Shown here: one piece after another, positions 12,781-24,974 of the stretch | Layout of the letters: each line of letters begins with the position of its first letter | Numbering within the stretch: position 1 is the stretch's first letter | Position numbers and translations under genes: made by a program | Assembly: GCF_018977255.1 (NCBI RefSeq) | Contig: NW_024704743.1 | Coordinates: 68,264,001-68,328,000 of the forward strand | Length of the DNA stretch: 64,000 bases | Source of the DNA: Callorhinchus milii | Taxonomy: Eukaryota | Reading direction: 5' to 3' | Notes under the pieces: generated by a model | What the model saw: the letters and a program-made list of their open reading frames with translations, nothing else | Database searches by the model: none | What the model was told of the DNA's origin: nothing

Positions 12781-13327
12781 CTTAAAGTGTTCTAACAGAT
12801 TCTAATCACAGAATAAATCCATTCTTAAGCAAATTCATATTTTTCCAACACAATAAATTTAGATATCAAAAGGGAACACATGCTTCTTGGTCCAAATGAC
12901 ACATTATAAGTGGCATCTGCAGTGCTAATTGTTTCTGGTGTCTGTTTCCGGATATGAACATCAACTAACAGCTTGGACACCCTCCACATAAGCTGTGCAA
13001 GGTATTTAAAAATATGGGGGGAAAGAGGTTCTTTGGTTCCAGTTGAAGAAAAAGCACATCTGACTGAGTGGGCACATACAGTTTATCACTGTCTATATTT
13101 GCGTTTGTTAAGCATGATTTCTTCTGGTACAGTTCATTTTACTAAACTAGCGGGACTAAGGCAGAATTACAATACTGTCTTGGAATTACAGGTCATTCGG
13201 TCCAACTAGTATTTATTTGAGGGTATTTATGCTCCACATGAGCCTCCACCCCTACTTATCTTTCCCTACCCTTCTGCAATAGCCCCTTATTCTCTTCTCC
13301 CTCATTAATGCTTTGAATTTGCACTTA

Positions 13328-13905
13328 AGTGAGACGTTAAGCCGGGGTTCTGTCTCCCTGTTCAGATGGACATTAAAGATCCTGTAGCACTATGCGAAAA
13401 GAAAAGGGTTTCTCCTGGTGTCCTTGTCAACATTCCTCCAAATAAAATTGGTCATTTGTTACATGGCTGTTTGTAGGACATTGCTGCGTGCAATTGTGCT
13501 GCCACGTTTGCCTACAAATATACAGTCACTCAATTTCACAGTAAATCCTGTCAAGTGCTTTGAGACGTCTCAAAGACATGTTAAGGTGCTATATCAAATT
13601 CAAGGATTATTATTATTATTGGCAGTGAGTGTTGGCAGACTATTGGCAGACCATGCGGATGTTAAAGATCCCATGGCACTATTCAAAAAGAGAATGACGT
13701 TTCTCCAGGTGTCCTGGCTAACAGTCCCCAAAATAAAATTGGTTATTCCCTTCATGGTGGTTTGTGGGACATTGTTTCGGCAATTTGGCAGCTGCCATCT
13801 ACAAAATACAGTCACTACACTGCACAGTAAATCCTATGAAGCGCTATGAGAAGTATTCTCTATATGAAAATGCACTATATCAAATGCAAAGATTATTATT
13901 TATTT
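13328..13905 (+). mobile_element. Two tandem 5'-truncated DeuSINEs (~13328-13620 and ~13655-13905)
   Basis: Each has ttaaagatcc..gcacta...ggtgtcct...taaaattgg...ggacattg and ends with (ATT)n. Confidence 0.8.
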
Positions 13906-14399
13906 TATATGTCACTATTTTTGCCCAACTTCAGGCACTGCCGATGGCATTTTCTGATTTGTGAAAAAGAGCTTTATAACTCAATCACACGTTGCATAGG
14001 CTTACTCATTTTTTGTTAGCCATTGAGTAAACTTTTATTCGTGCATAAATATTTACTGAAATTCCCCTCTGAGCCTCTTTTTTAATTACTCTTTACGTAA
14101 TTCGAATATTTAAGTTACTGCAACGTTTATAACAAATCTAGGAGTAAGTTTTTGAGAGCGGTATCTGTACTTTGTAAAAGCTTCTGGCAAGAATCGTAAT
14201 ATGTGAAATGATTTTTAATGGATTTTGGGTTCTGATATCCCCCACTGGTGAGATGCAAATTCTCGTATAAATTATGTATAAATTATTGTTTGGGAGATTG
14301 TATGTGTTTGATAATTATTCAAATGGGGGAAAATGCCTCTTGACAGGAATAAGCCCACAAACAACACATTGTATACATCAAAGGTATCAGAGATTCTTT

Positions 14400-15515
14400 C
14401 TCCAGGCTTTCAGCTGAGACTACACCACATGCCATACGGCTCCTCTGGTGTGAGATAGAGTCGGAGGAGGACAAAGTGGCGAAGGTGAAGAAAAGAGCTT
14501 TAGGCCAGTGACCAAATGTGAGGAAGTAGGAGAGCTGAGGATGGAACCGAATGACAGGGTTGCTCGGTGAGTTTGAGAAATAGGCCAGGGGAGGTTGGGG
14601 AATTCAGAGTCGGAAGTGAGGAGATGTAGGTGTGAGCTGAGAAGAATGGCTTCCGTCATCGCCTTGTTAAGTTGAAAGAAATTGATGCCCATCTAGGCCT
14701 TTGATGTCTAACAGGCAAGTTGGCAAAACATCAGTGAACCTGCAACTGTAAGTAGAAGTGAGAAAGTAGATTTGTGTGTCACCCACACAGATGTGGAAGT
14801 TAACACTGTATCTGTGAATGATGTTGCTAAGAGGGAATATATACAGGATGACCAAAAATAACAACAAATTACATTTGTATAGCCCCTTTCATATCAGGAA
14901 GACGTCCCAAGGCCCTGGACAGTCAGGAATCCGCACCCGGTGGTTGAGATCAGGAGGGATGGAGGGCGGGGGATGGGGGTAAAGATAGGAAGGTGACCAA
15001 AGGCACAGTCGAAGAGGAGGGTCTTGAGACGGGTCTTGAAGGAGGCAAGGGAGGGGGCAAGGCGGAGGGACTGTGGGATGGAGTTCTAGAGAGGCTAAAG
15101 GCCCACCCGCCAATGGTGGGGCGGGCAAGGCGGGGGACGTGAAGCAGTCCCCTGAGCGGACAAGTTGGTAGGGGGTTAGGCGGTCACAGAAGTAGGGGGG
15201 GAGCAAGGCCGTAGCGTGCTTTAAAGGTGAGGACCAGGATCTTGAACTGTATCCTCTGTGTGATGGAAAGTCAGTGGAGTCGGGCGAGGATGGGGGTGAT
15301 AGGGTCACAGAGCCTGGTGCAGGAGAGGACACAGGCTGCAGAGTTCTGAATGATCTGGAGCCTGTGGAGGGAGGAATTGGGGAGGCCGACAAGCAGGGAG
15401 TTTGCGTGGTCGAGCCTGGTTGTGATGAACACGTGGATGAGAGTCTCGACGGCCTGCGGTGTGAGACATTGGCCAAGAAATGTTGTGGAGTTGGGGAAAG
15501 GCAGAGAGTGTCATG
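14400..15515 (-). mobile_element. Two adjacent L2 fragments (older RT piece ~14400-14855; 3' piece ~14860-15515)
   Basis: ORFs PLSNIIHRYSVNFHICVGDTQIY and NFFQLNKAMTEAILL; the second fragment has an L2 tail (aacaacaaattacatttg...gacgtcccaagg). Confidence 0.85.
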
Positions 15516-15632
15516 GAGTCATGATACCATTGTAATGTCTAATAATTCTTAAAGAAATTACGATTTTTTTTAAGAAAATAGGGTAGTTATCATGACTTTT
15601 TGGTCACCCTGTAGATGAGGAAAAGGAAGGAC

Positions 15633-16256
15633 TCTGCAGCTCGTGTACTCTCCCGCACCAGGCTTCGCGACCACATCACTCCCACCCTCGCTCGCCTCCA
15701 CTGGCTCCCCATCCCCCAGAGGATTGATTTCAAGATCCTCATCCTCACCTACAAGGCCATTCACGGCCTTGCTCCCTCCTACCTCTCCAACCTACTATCC
15801 CCCTACCTACCTGCCCGTACCCTCCGTTCCTCTGGCTCCGGTCTGCTCCACATCCCCCGCCCCAACCGCCCTACCATCGGTGGTCGGGCCTTCAGCCTCT
15901 CAGCCCCGAGGCTCTGGAACTCCATCCCCCAGTGCCTTCGCCGCCTCCTCCCTTTCCTCCTTCAAGGCCGGTCTCAAAACCTTTCTCTTTGACCGAGCCT
16001 TCAACTCCCTCTCGACTCTCTTCCCCCTCCTCGCTCCCTCCCTTCCCTCCCCTCACCCTGACCATTTCCCCCCTCCTCGCTCCCTCCCTTCCCTCCTCTC
16101 ACCCTGACCATTTCCCCCCTCCTCGCTCCCTCCCTTCCCTCACCCTGACCATTTCCCCCTGCTCGGGTCATGACCCAACTGTGCAGCGCCTTGGGACGTC
16201 CTCCTGACGTGAAAGGCGCTTTATAAATGGAATCTTGTTGTTGTTGTTGTTGTTGT
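15633..16256 (+). mobile_element. Young 5'-truncated L2 LINE 3' end
   Basis: SAARVLSRTRLRDHITPTLARLHWLPIPQRIDFK...LWNSIP; intact tail stem-loop and a long (TTG)n run. Confidence 0.95.
16021..16160 (+). repeat. ~45-bp unit tandem triplication in the L2 3' region
   Basis: ttccccctcctcgctccctcccttccctc..caccctgaccat three times. Confidence 0.9.
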
Positions 16257-16872
16257 GACCCGAAGATAGAGCCCTGAGGTGTTCCCCACAGGTGACGTTT
16301 GAGGGCAGGAGGAGAAACTGTTGGAGTAAACCAAGTGAAGGCAGTGGGTCAAGTAGAAGTAGAATCATGAGAGTGCAGTCCCATAGAGATGGATGAGGGA
16401 GTAGAGATGATCGAGGAGAATGGAGTGAGCAGCAGTATAAAAAACGACAGAGAGGTCAACAAAGAGAGAGAATCTGAACCAATCTCTCCGACTTTGCTGA
16501 TGGTCACCTGCCCCTTAGCTCCTCTATTTCCCCTTTCTGAGCATCCAACTCTATCTTTGTGAAGCACTCAGATATTTTCCTGTGTAAAATGCGCTATAAT
16601 AAATGCAAGTCGGTGCTGTTGATTATGAAATACAAAAGTATTTGGGGTCGAATACGCAGAGAGTCATATAAAGGTTTCTAAATATGGAACCCTGCACATA
16701 TTGGTGTATTTCACACTAACTCGCTGGGGTTCTGCACTGACCTAATCTCTTCCTGGGAGCCTCATTAGACTGCAATCTGGTTTCACAGACACCAGAAATG
16801 AGACAGCCATCAGAGAGATTTTACAGTGGGTCAGTGGGAGACCCATCTGTTTACAGGATTTAGAAGTCCTAT

Positions 16873-17002
16873 CCAATTGGCTGCCGCGTTCGCCCACAAA
16901 TATGCAGTCAATTCACTTTACAGTGTCTTCTGTGAAGCGCTTTGGGACGTCCTCCCGACATGAAAAGCGCTATGTCAAATGCAAGGATTATTATTATTAT
17001 TA
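16873..17002 (+). mobile_element. 5'-truncated young SINE
   Basis: caattggctgccgcgttcgcccacaaa...gggacgtcctcccgac...(att)n. Confidence 0.9.
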
Positions 17003-18223
17003 TAAACTGCTGCATTGTTAGACCCTAACGTCTAAAGAATAATTATCCAATATTATCTTTGATTCATTGCAACATTCACAAGTTTGGCACGTGCTTTCCT
17101 GACAAATATGAATTTGTACATTTAAAAGATTTGTTTTTCATTTTTTGACGGCTTTTAGTAATCAAGATGAAGCTTGTCTATACTGTAGAGTATGGCATTC
17201 ACCACTTTCTGGGTCCAATGTCAGCATCAAGTCAATTACCCTGCAGGTTAGGAACAAAATAAACCACTTCTGTATTGTTTCACAAATGTCATCTTTGTGG
17301 TCTTTCTAAGCAAAATTGTCAGTTTAATACAAATTACAGTACCTTTGAATGACGTGTTGTTTGTCACTGGTATTCAGTCATGCTTCAGTTGTGGCATGAT
17401 TCTAACCAGATGGTAGAAAATTAAAGGTCAGTGTTATCATCTATTGCTTGTCCAAACCGGCTGGACTTGACCTTTTTGAAAAGAGAAGTTTCAGAAAAGA
17501 GATGATTTGAAAGTCTGAATGAGCTATATCCTTTTTTATTGTTTGTCACTTTTTTGTACACCTGTAAGCATACTGTGCCTGCATGGTATCTATCTCCTTT
17601 GCCGTTACTTAGCCATTATTTATTGTGCAACAGTTATCAAAACAGAACATGGCAATTTATATTGCATGGAAACACAGGATACACTATTTTAAACAGTCAG
17701 TTCTCCTTTGCCATAATTGAAATTCTACGCATGAATTTCTAACTCACAATATGCATTTGTTCTGCTTTCCCTCCTCTATTCCTGATTCTTCATATTTTTC
17801 ACCTTTTTCTTGTTTTATTTAATAGGATATGTTTCACTCTTATTCATAAGTATTTTTGTTTCAAACTGATATTTACTCCTCTATCCTAACCTTTCATAAA
17901 TCTCTCCTTTAGATCTTTTAGATCTTTCACCCATAAAATACAGTCAGTTCACTACTGTGTACCCTGTGAAGCGCTTTGAGACGTCTCATTGACTTATTAT
18001 TATGATTATGTTATTATCTTACCTATTGTGTTAAAGCTGGTGAGATGCAAACGACTCCTTCCCCTCCACATCATCCCAGTTTTGGCATAAAGATTGTGTT
18101 TGAATATTTCGGCGCTCCAATTGTTGTTTCCAGTCATGGTGAGCAGCCTTTCAGTTTTAGCAGCATCTAAAACTTTGATGCTGGCTTAACTCAACCAGTG
18201 TCCCATCAAGCATTACTTGACTT

Positions 18224-18543
18224 GTGGAGTCCTGTAGCTCAGTGGTTAGAGCACTCGCTTTGCAAGCGAGAGACTTGAGTTCATTTCCAGGCAGAGGGCA
18301 AAACCTTGGGCAAGTTTCCTTACTCCACACGCCTAATAATAATCCCTCCAAAACCAAAAACAATAATAAAATTGGCATTTTCAATCTACGACTGTTTGTG
18401 GGACATTGCTGTGCGCAATTGGCTGCCGCGTTCGCCCACAAATTTACAGTCAATTCACTTTACAGTGTGTTCTGTGAAGCGCTTTGGGACGTCCTTCCGA
18501 CGTGAAAAGCGCTATATCAAATGCAAGGATTATTATTATTATT
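18224..18543 (+). mobile_element. Full-length young tRNA-derived SINE, short subfamily (SINE2-1_CM/CmiSINE-like)
   Basis: Head gtggagtcctgtagctcagtggttagagc (A box), anticodon-like arm ctcgc-tttgcaa-gcgag, B-box-like gagttcatttcc, Deu-like segment, L2-type tail, (ATT)n. Confidence 0.92.
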
Positions 18544-19701
18544 TCTGTCTTTGGCTTCAAGGAAATATAAACAAGACATGTTACTGCTTAGTGGAAATCT
18601 AAATGGGCAGCGAACCTCTTTGTAAATGGGCATAAGACCGAAGCAGAATGGAGAGAGGGAGAAACACTCCCAGATTTAATGATAATAAAACCGGTTTTAA
18701 TTGTGATTTTCAGCCAGCCAATAACTATCACCAGTGTATATTGTCATCAGTGGTAATTTTAACATTAAATGTTGCGTATTTCACTCTTTTTGAGCCAGAA
18801 AAAAGGATTCCAGACAATCCTGCTGAACCACCTTCACATTTTGAAATATTAGCAAAGAGCTGGTCAGACAATCAATTTAGTAACAATAAACATTTCAGTG
18901 ACATCGGGATGGTGATCCACAGTTCTCTGTGCATTTATATCCTGATGTGGAGCTGATAATGTACTTCAAAACTGCTGGTTTACAGTTTAAAACAAGCACT
19001 GGTGTCAAACAGGTGCATGAAATATAACTGAGCCATTGGTAGCAGAGCTGCACTTCCAAGTATTTGCTTTAATGTTTTAAACATCTGACACAAATGAAGC
19101 ATGTTTTTTTCTTTATCATAGGCTACTTGAAGTCAGTGGTACTGAGAAATGGAGCATTATTTAAACATAAAAGCACTGATAAACTGCTGCAAGTGCAATG
19201 TTGAATGTTATGCTTTAAGTTTTGAGTTTCAAACGATGGAAGAGAAGTGAGGCTCCTGTCAGATCTTCAATAACTTTTAAACTGTCACAACCACATTGAC
19301 CCAAGTAGGCAAAGCAGCATGAATGCTACCAACTGAGCCAGAATGATGCCTGGCTTTAGGATCCTGGTATTTTTGACGAATGGGGAATGGAGTGTATTTT
19401 GCACAGTGGTTGAGCCCAAAGATATGAGCGCTGTCACTGTTTTTTCAATCACCAATCACAGAGTTGCGCTGCTTCATGGGATCCCATTAACTGAATCAGT
19501 ATTCCATGAAACGAAAATCAAACTCGAGATTTGGGGTCAGGAACCGGATTCATAACGGCTGACAAGAATGAAGATGATGCATAGAAATCTTGGGACCCAA
19601 CCAGCAGGCAGTCATAGCAAATGAATAGAGTGAAAGGAATCGCATATTCTAACCTGAATTCAATTGAACATTTGGTTTTCTGTGTGAAAAGTAATCATTT
19701 T

Positions 19702-20047
19702 ATAATAATAATAATAATAATAATCCTTGCATTTGATTTAGCGCTTTTCACGTCGGGAGGACGTCCCAAAGCGCTTCACAGAACACACTGTAAAGTGAAT
19801 TGACTGTATATTTGTGGGCGAACGCGGCAGCCAATTGCGCACAGCAATGTCCCACAAACAGTCGTTGATTGAAAATGACCAATTTATTATTGTTTTTGGT
19901 TTTGGAGGGATTATTATTAGGCGTGTGGAGTAAGGAAACTTGCCCAAGGTTTCGCCCTGTCTGGAATTGAACTCAGGTCTCTCGCTTGCAAAGCGAGTGC
20001 TCTAACCACTGAGCTACAGGACTCCAACCACTGAGCTACAGGACTCC
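19702..20047 (-). mobile_element. Full-length young SINE with duplicated 5' end
   Basis: Near-identical reverse complement of 18224-18543; a 22-bp head duplication. Confidence 0.92.
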
Positions 20048-20282
20048 ATTTTGACAAGACCTTGTGTAAACATAGTTTTCTGCTTAATAGGATTGAGATT
20101 TCTTTTAGGATTAGAAAAGTATTATAAATTATAAGTGATATTATCTATTTGTTTCTAATTGAACAACGTTATATACAACAACTACTTGCAATTATATAGC
20201 GGCCTTCACGTGGGGTAGCTTCCCAGAGCCCTTGACAGTGGCGGAGTCAGGAGGAGAGGGGAGTTCCAGAGTTTCGGGGAGT

Positions 20283-21871
20283 CCTTCCTCCCCATCTCTC
20301 CTTCCTCCCTCTCAACCACCATCATTTCAATGAAACCCACCATCTGCTGCCTTGACCCCCTCCCCACCAACTTGCTGGTCACCCAGATCCCCCTCCTTTG
20401 CCCACTACTGGCTGATGTCATCAACTAGTCCCTCTCCTCTGGATCAGTCCCTGCCCCTTCAAAACTGCTGTCATCACCCCCCTCCTCAAAAAATCTTCCC
20501 TAGATCCCTCAAACCCCAGCCACTACCGCCCTATTTCTAATCTGCCCTTCCTCGCCAAAGTCCTAGAACGCGTTGTTGCAAATCAACTTCGCACACACCT
20601 CTCCTCCCACTCCCTCTTCGACCCCTCCAGTCCAGTTTCTGCCCTGCCCACAGTACAGAGACTGCGCCCACAGTACAGAGACTGCGCCCACAGTACAGAG
20701 ACTGCGCCCACAGTACAGAGACTGCGCCCACAGTACAGAGACTGCGCCCACAGTACAGAGACTGCGCTTGTGAAAGTCTCAAACGACATCCTCTCTATCT
20801 GTGACCAGGGCTCCCTTTACCTCCTTGTCCTCCTGGACCTCTCCGCTGGTTTCGACACAGTTGATCACGCCATCCTCCTTCACCACCTTTCCTCCGTCAT
20901 CCACTTCAGTGGGACCGCACTCGCCTGGTTTGAGTCCTACCTCACAAACCGCCAGCAGTACATCTCCGCAAACGGCTTTTCCTCCCGCTCTCACCCAGTT
21001 ATCTGTGGGGTACCCCAAGGATCCATGCTTGGCCCTCTCCTCTTCCTAATCTATATGCTCCCTCTTGGGGATGTCATCCGCAGACATTGGATACACCCAA
21101 CTCTATTTTTCCACCTCACTTTGCGACCCCCAGTCCCCTGATGTTCTGTCAGCCTGCCTGTTAGCCTCCCCCTAAAACTCTCCGAACCCGTACGTAACCA
21201 AGGCATCAGATTCAAACCCCAATTATCCTTCCTCCCCCACATCCGGTCCCTCACCAGAACCGCTTTCTTCCACCTCCGCCAATATCTCACCCCAAAAGCC
21301 GCCGAAACTTGGTCCATGCCTTTGTCACCTCTCGGCTAGACTATTCAAATGCCCTGCTCGCCAGTCTCCCCTCCACTACCATTCATAAAATCTAGGTTAC
21401 TCTGCCACCCATATTCTTACCCTCACCAAACTCCGCTCCCCGATTACCCCAGTCCTTGCCAGACTGCACTGGCTGCCTGTCCCAGAGAGGATCAACTTCA
21501 AGATCCTCACCCTTGCCTTCAAATCCCTCCACTCCTCTGCACCCCCCTACCTCTCTGACCTCCTTTCTCCTCACAACAGTACCCGTTGCCTTCGCTCCAC
21601 CGTGTCTGGCCTCCTACTTGTCCCCGCGTCCTCCGCTCCACCCTTGGCGGCCATGCCTTCAGCCACTACGACCCGAGGCTCTGGAACTCCCTTCACCTCG
21701 CCCCCTCTCTTCCTATTTTCAGGTCTCGGCTAAAGACCTTTCTTTTCGACCGCGCCTTTGGTCACCTTCCTCCCTCACCCCCTGGCTCGGCCCCGGGATC
21801 CGTTACTGTGAAGCGCTCTGAGGCGCCGTCCGGCGTGGAGGGCACTATATAAATCCAAGTTGTTGTTGTTG
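20283..21871 (+). mobile_element. 5'-truncated L2 LINE with broken RT ORF
   Basis: [38 protein letters not shown]...GVPQGSMLGPLLFLIYM; tail stem-loop and (TTG)n. Confidence 0.93.
20646..20767 (+). repeat. Perfect 20-bp x6 minisatellite inside the L2 RT region
   Basis: (gcccacagtacagagactgc)6. Confidence 0.97.
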
Positions 21872-22761
21872 TAATGGCTGAAGGCACAGCCACTGATGGT
21901 GGAGCAGAGCGGACGAGGGACAAACAGGAGGCCAGAGACAGCCGAGCAGAGGCAGTGGGTGGGGGAGTGGAGGGGTAAGCAAAACGGATAGGTAGGGAGG
22001 TGCGAGAGCATGAGGGATTAGAAAATGAGTGAGAGGATCTTGAAATCCATCTGTTTGGTAATTGGGAGCTGGAGGAGCCTGGCAAGATGGTGTGATAAGG
22101 ACACAGAGTTTTGTGCCAGTGAGAATCTGGGTGGCGGAGTTCTCAATTAGTTGAATTTTGTGTATGGTGGAGCTGAGGAGGGCTTTGGAATAGTCCAACT
22201 GGGAAGTGTCCAAGCCGTAGACGAGGGTTTCGGCTGCTTTTGCTGTGAGTTACAGACAGAGGCGGGTAATGTGACTGAGGTGGAAAAAAGCGGTCCTGGG
22301 TCAGGGAACAGATGTGGGGTAGAAAGGAAAGTTGGGGATCGAACCTGATGCCTAATTTGCGTATGGGTTTGTTGAGTCTGAGCGAGAGCCCAGGGAGGTT
22401 GAGGAGTTCAGACCTGCAGGGGAGAAGACGTTGACAGGAAATTTGCGCTGATCCAGGCCTTGATGTCCGTCAAATAAGCTGACAGGACATCAGCAGACTG
22501 GGAGTCGCAGCTGGAGGAGAAGCAGATTTGAGTACATGTGGAATTTGACCCCATGTTTGTCGATGACATTGCATGTAGATATGCAGAAGGGAGTCAAGGA
22601 TGAACCCTTGGGGTACCCCGCAGATGACCAAGCGGAGGCGGGAGGAGAAACCATTTGCTGACAAGTTTAATTACAGTTTGGTGTTCAAGCATAGATGCAG
22701 GTGTATAACATTGTTTTTAAACTGTCTTTCTTGTAGTGCCATCTTGTGGAAATGATGACTA

Positions 22762-22945
22762 ATAATAATAATCCTTGTATATGATATAGCGCCTTATCAT
22801 GTCTTCGAGATGTCTCAAAGCGCTTCACAGATTCTACTGTAAAGTGAAATACCTGTATATTTGGCAGCAAAACGCGGCAGCCAATTGCGCACAGTAGTGT
22901 CCCACAAACAGTCATTGAATTTTAAATGACCAATTTATTATTTTT
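22762..22945 (-). mobile_element. SINE 3' half
   Basis: (aat)n ccttgtatatgatatagcgc...gcggcagccaattgcgcacag. Confidence 0.85.
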
Positions 22946-24179
22946 TGAAGGAGAAGCTTCCTGTGAGTCTATTTTATTATTAAGTGCCATACTTATTTTA
23001 TTATTAAGTTAGTACACAAATGGGACAAGCAGAGTAGACAAAGAGGACAAAACTGCTAGAGATTAGGAGAAGTTTGTGTTGTGCCAATGGAAATATCACA
23101 TAATACCCAACAACCGAAGTTCACTGCAATTTTTTTTTAGTGTGTTGGGACACGGACAAATAAAGAATCTGACAATTTGACAGTTTTTGCTGTCTCCATC
23201 CCTAGGTGTCCTGAGATGGTAACACTGGGGCTTTCCTGGTTTAAAATTGTGGTGCCCCTTACAATACACAACATTGGTTTAACATCTATTCTGAACGACG
23301 ATACCTCTGACGATACAATGGGACATGGAATCACCCCCAGCACTCAGACTATGTGATGCCATATCCCGATGTGCGGCTTGAACCAACAACATTCTGACTC
23401 AGGCGAGAGTGCATTGCAATAGCTGAAAATAGCTGCTTGGAATTATCAGTGCGAACACAAATCTATCACATCAATAACCTGAAATATTTTATCAGTTTTT
23501 TTACATAGCTTCTTCAGGAACTTGCCTTCTCATCAGATTTGGGGTTGTTTTGGAAAGTTTGCCTACTGGAAACCATAACTAATCTCCTGAGGTGCACTTT
23601 ATCACTGCTTCCCTCTTTCTGTGCTGTGACCTAATTATCCTGCCATTGAGCAGATACTGTTCGCAGATGCTGAAATCCAGTAGGAGTTTGGTTGCAAAAG
23701 TTGCTAGAATTTAAGTAAAATGGGTCTTCAGGATTTTGGGAGTGAAAAAGCAGTTGTTGAGCAAACAACAGATTAATGGCATTTCGCACCAGCGAAAAGC
23801 GCTCAGGTCATAAGACAAGCATTGTGCATTTCTTGTCATTGCTCGCCAACCTAGAAAGAACTCGTCTTAGAGGCAATCTCAGGTCAGAGCTGAGATCTTT
23901 TAAGCCTGTGGCGTATTTAGAGGAGGCAAATTTACTCCCGAACTGCTGATGTTTTCCTGACGAGATATTTGTAACCGTATTTTCATGTTTGTCTACAGTC
24001 AGACTTGGTATATCTCTGATTCATTAAACCAAATGCCTGTGGATGGAAACATTTTATTTTTCTGATCCCCGAAAATATTATAAATGTACTGCATAATCTG
24101 AAAACCTTGTGCTCCAAAACCAAATTTTTATACCCTTCAGTAAAATCCTATTATTTGAAATATATGCAATAATACCAGT

Positions 24180-24615
24180 ACAATACAGATTTACATTTAT
24201 ATTGAGCTTTTCATGTCAGGAGGACGTCACAAGGTACTTGACAGTCCACTTGACATTTGAATTGGGAATGGAAGATGAGAGGGGTGGGGAGGGGAAAGGT
24301 GATCAATGGCACAGTCAAAGAGAAAGATCTTGAGACTGACTTTGTAAGATTTGAGAGAGGGAGTAAGTTGGTGGCACTCCGGGATGGAGTTTCAGAGAAT
24401 GGGGCAGTTAGGCTGAAAGCCTAACTGTCAATGTTAGGGCAGACATGAAGCAGGCTGATGCAGCCAGGTTTGTACGGTTTGAAGAGGTTGCAGATATAGG
24501 ATGGAGAAAGATCGTTAAACGATTTGAAGGTGAGTATGAGCATCTTCAACTGGATCTGCTGGGGTGCAAGGGATCCAATGGAGCTAGGCGAGGATGGGGG
24601 TGATAGGCTCACAAA
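24180..24615 (-). mobile_element. Old L2 3' fragment
   Basis: Tail gtcaggaggacgtcacaagg; ORF QIQLKMLILTFKSFNDLSPSYICNL. Confidence 0.7.
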
Positions 24616-24739
24616 GCCTATCATATATCTTTTAATGATATGTATGTTATTAATCCTTGCATTTGATATAGCGTCCATAACATTGAATTGTCTCAAAGCT
24701 CTGCAAGGGAATTTCTGTAAATCGGAATGACTAGTAACT

Positions 24740-24960
24740 CCAAAATGCTGGTGCCAGCTCCATTGGTTCCTCAATATGCCAGCAACATGGGGGAAGTCCA
24801 AATGACTGACTTCCAGGTTCTGTTTGTTGGCTGACGGTTGAACAACCAGTGTCTTTCTGCGTGTGGACACTCGACAGAATTGCTTACCGCCGATTTGGCT
24901 CCATTGTCACAATGTTTGGGATTTTATGGATCCCTCATTGTAATGGAGCTCTGCTGTATA
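24740..24960 (-). mobile_element. Partial pogo/Tigger-like MITE
   Basis: Ends atggatccctcattgtaatggagctctgctgTA; interior is reverse-complement similar to 50481-50800. Confidence 0.5.
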
Positions 24961-24974
24961 TGCATACAGGACAG

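Larger units (their letters stand above)
15611..16505 (-). mobile_element. Older L2 RT fragment split by the young L2 (pieces 15611-15632 and 16257-16505)
   Basis: Rejoined minus strand reads in frame GTPQGSIFGSFLFLIY. Confidence 0.75.
20215..22663 (-). mobile_element. Older L2 split by the + strand L2 (pieces ~20215-20282 and 21871-22663)
   Basis: ORFs SANGFSSRLRLVICGVPQG and SQLDYSKALL; the flanks rejoin as gagttccagagtttcggggagtaatggctgaaggc. Confidence 0.8.

Noticed and set aside
18224..18300. tRNA-Ala(TGC) gene
   Set aside because: tRNA-like head only; it continues into a SINE body present in many copies and lacks a proper acceptor stem.
18306..19947. Recurrent ORF MGKFPYSTRLIIIPPKPKT
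   Set aside because: Chance translation of the non-coding SINE body, repeated because the SINE is repeated.
20646..20767. CRISPR-like array
   Set aside because: Contiguous identical units without spacers, derived from L2 sequence; eukaryotic context and no cas genes.
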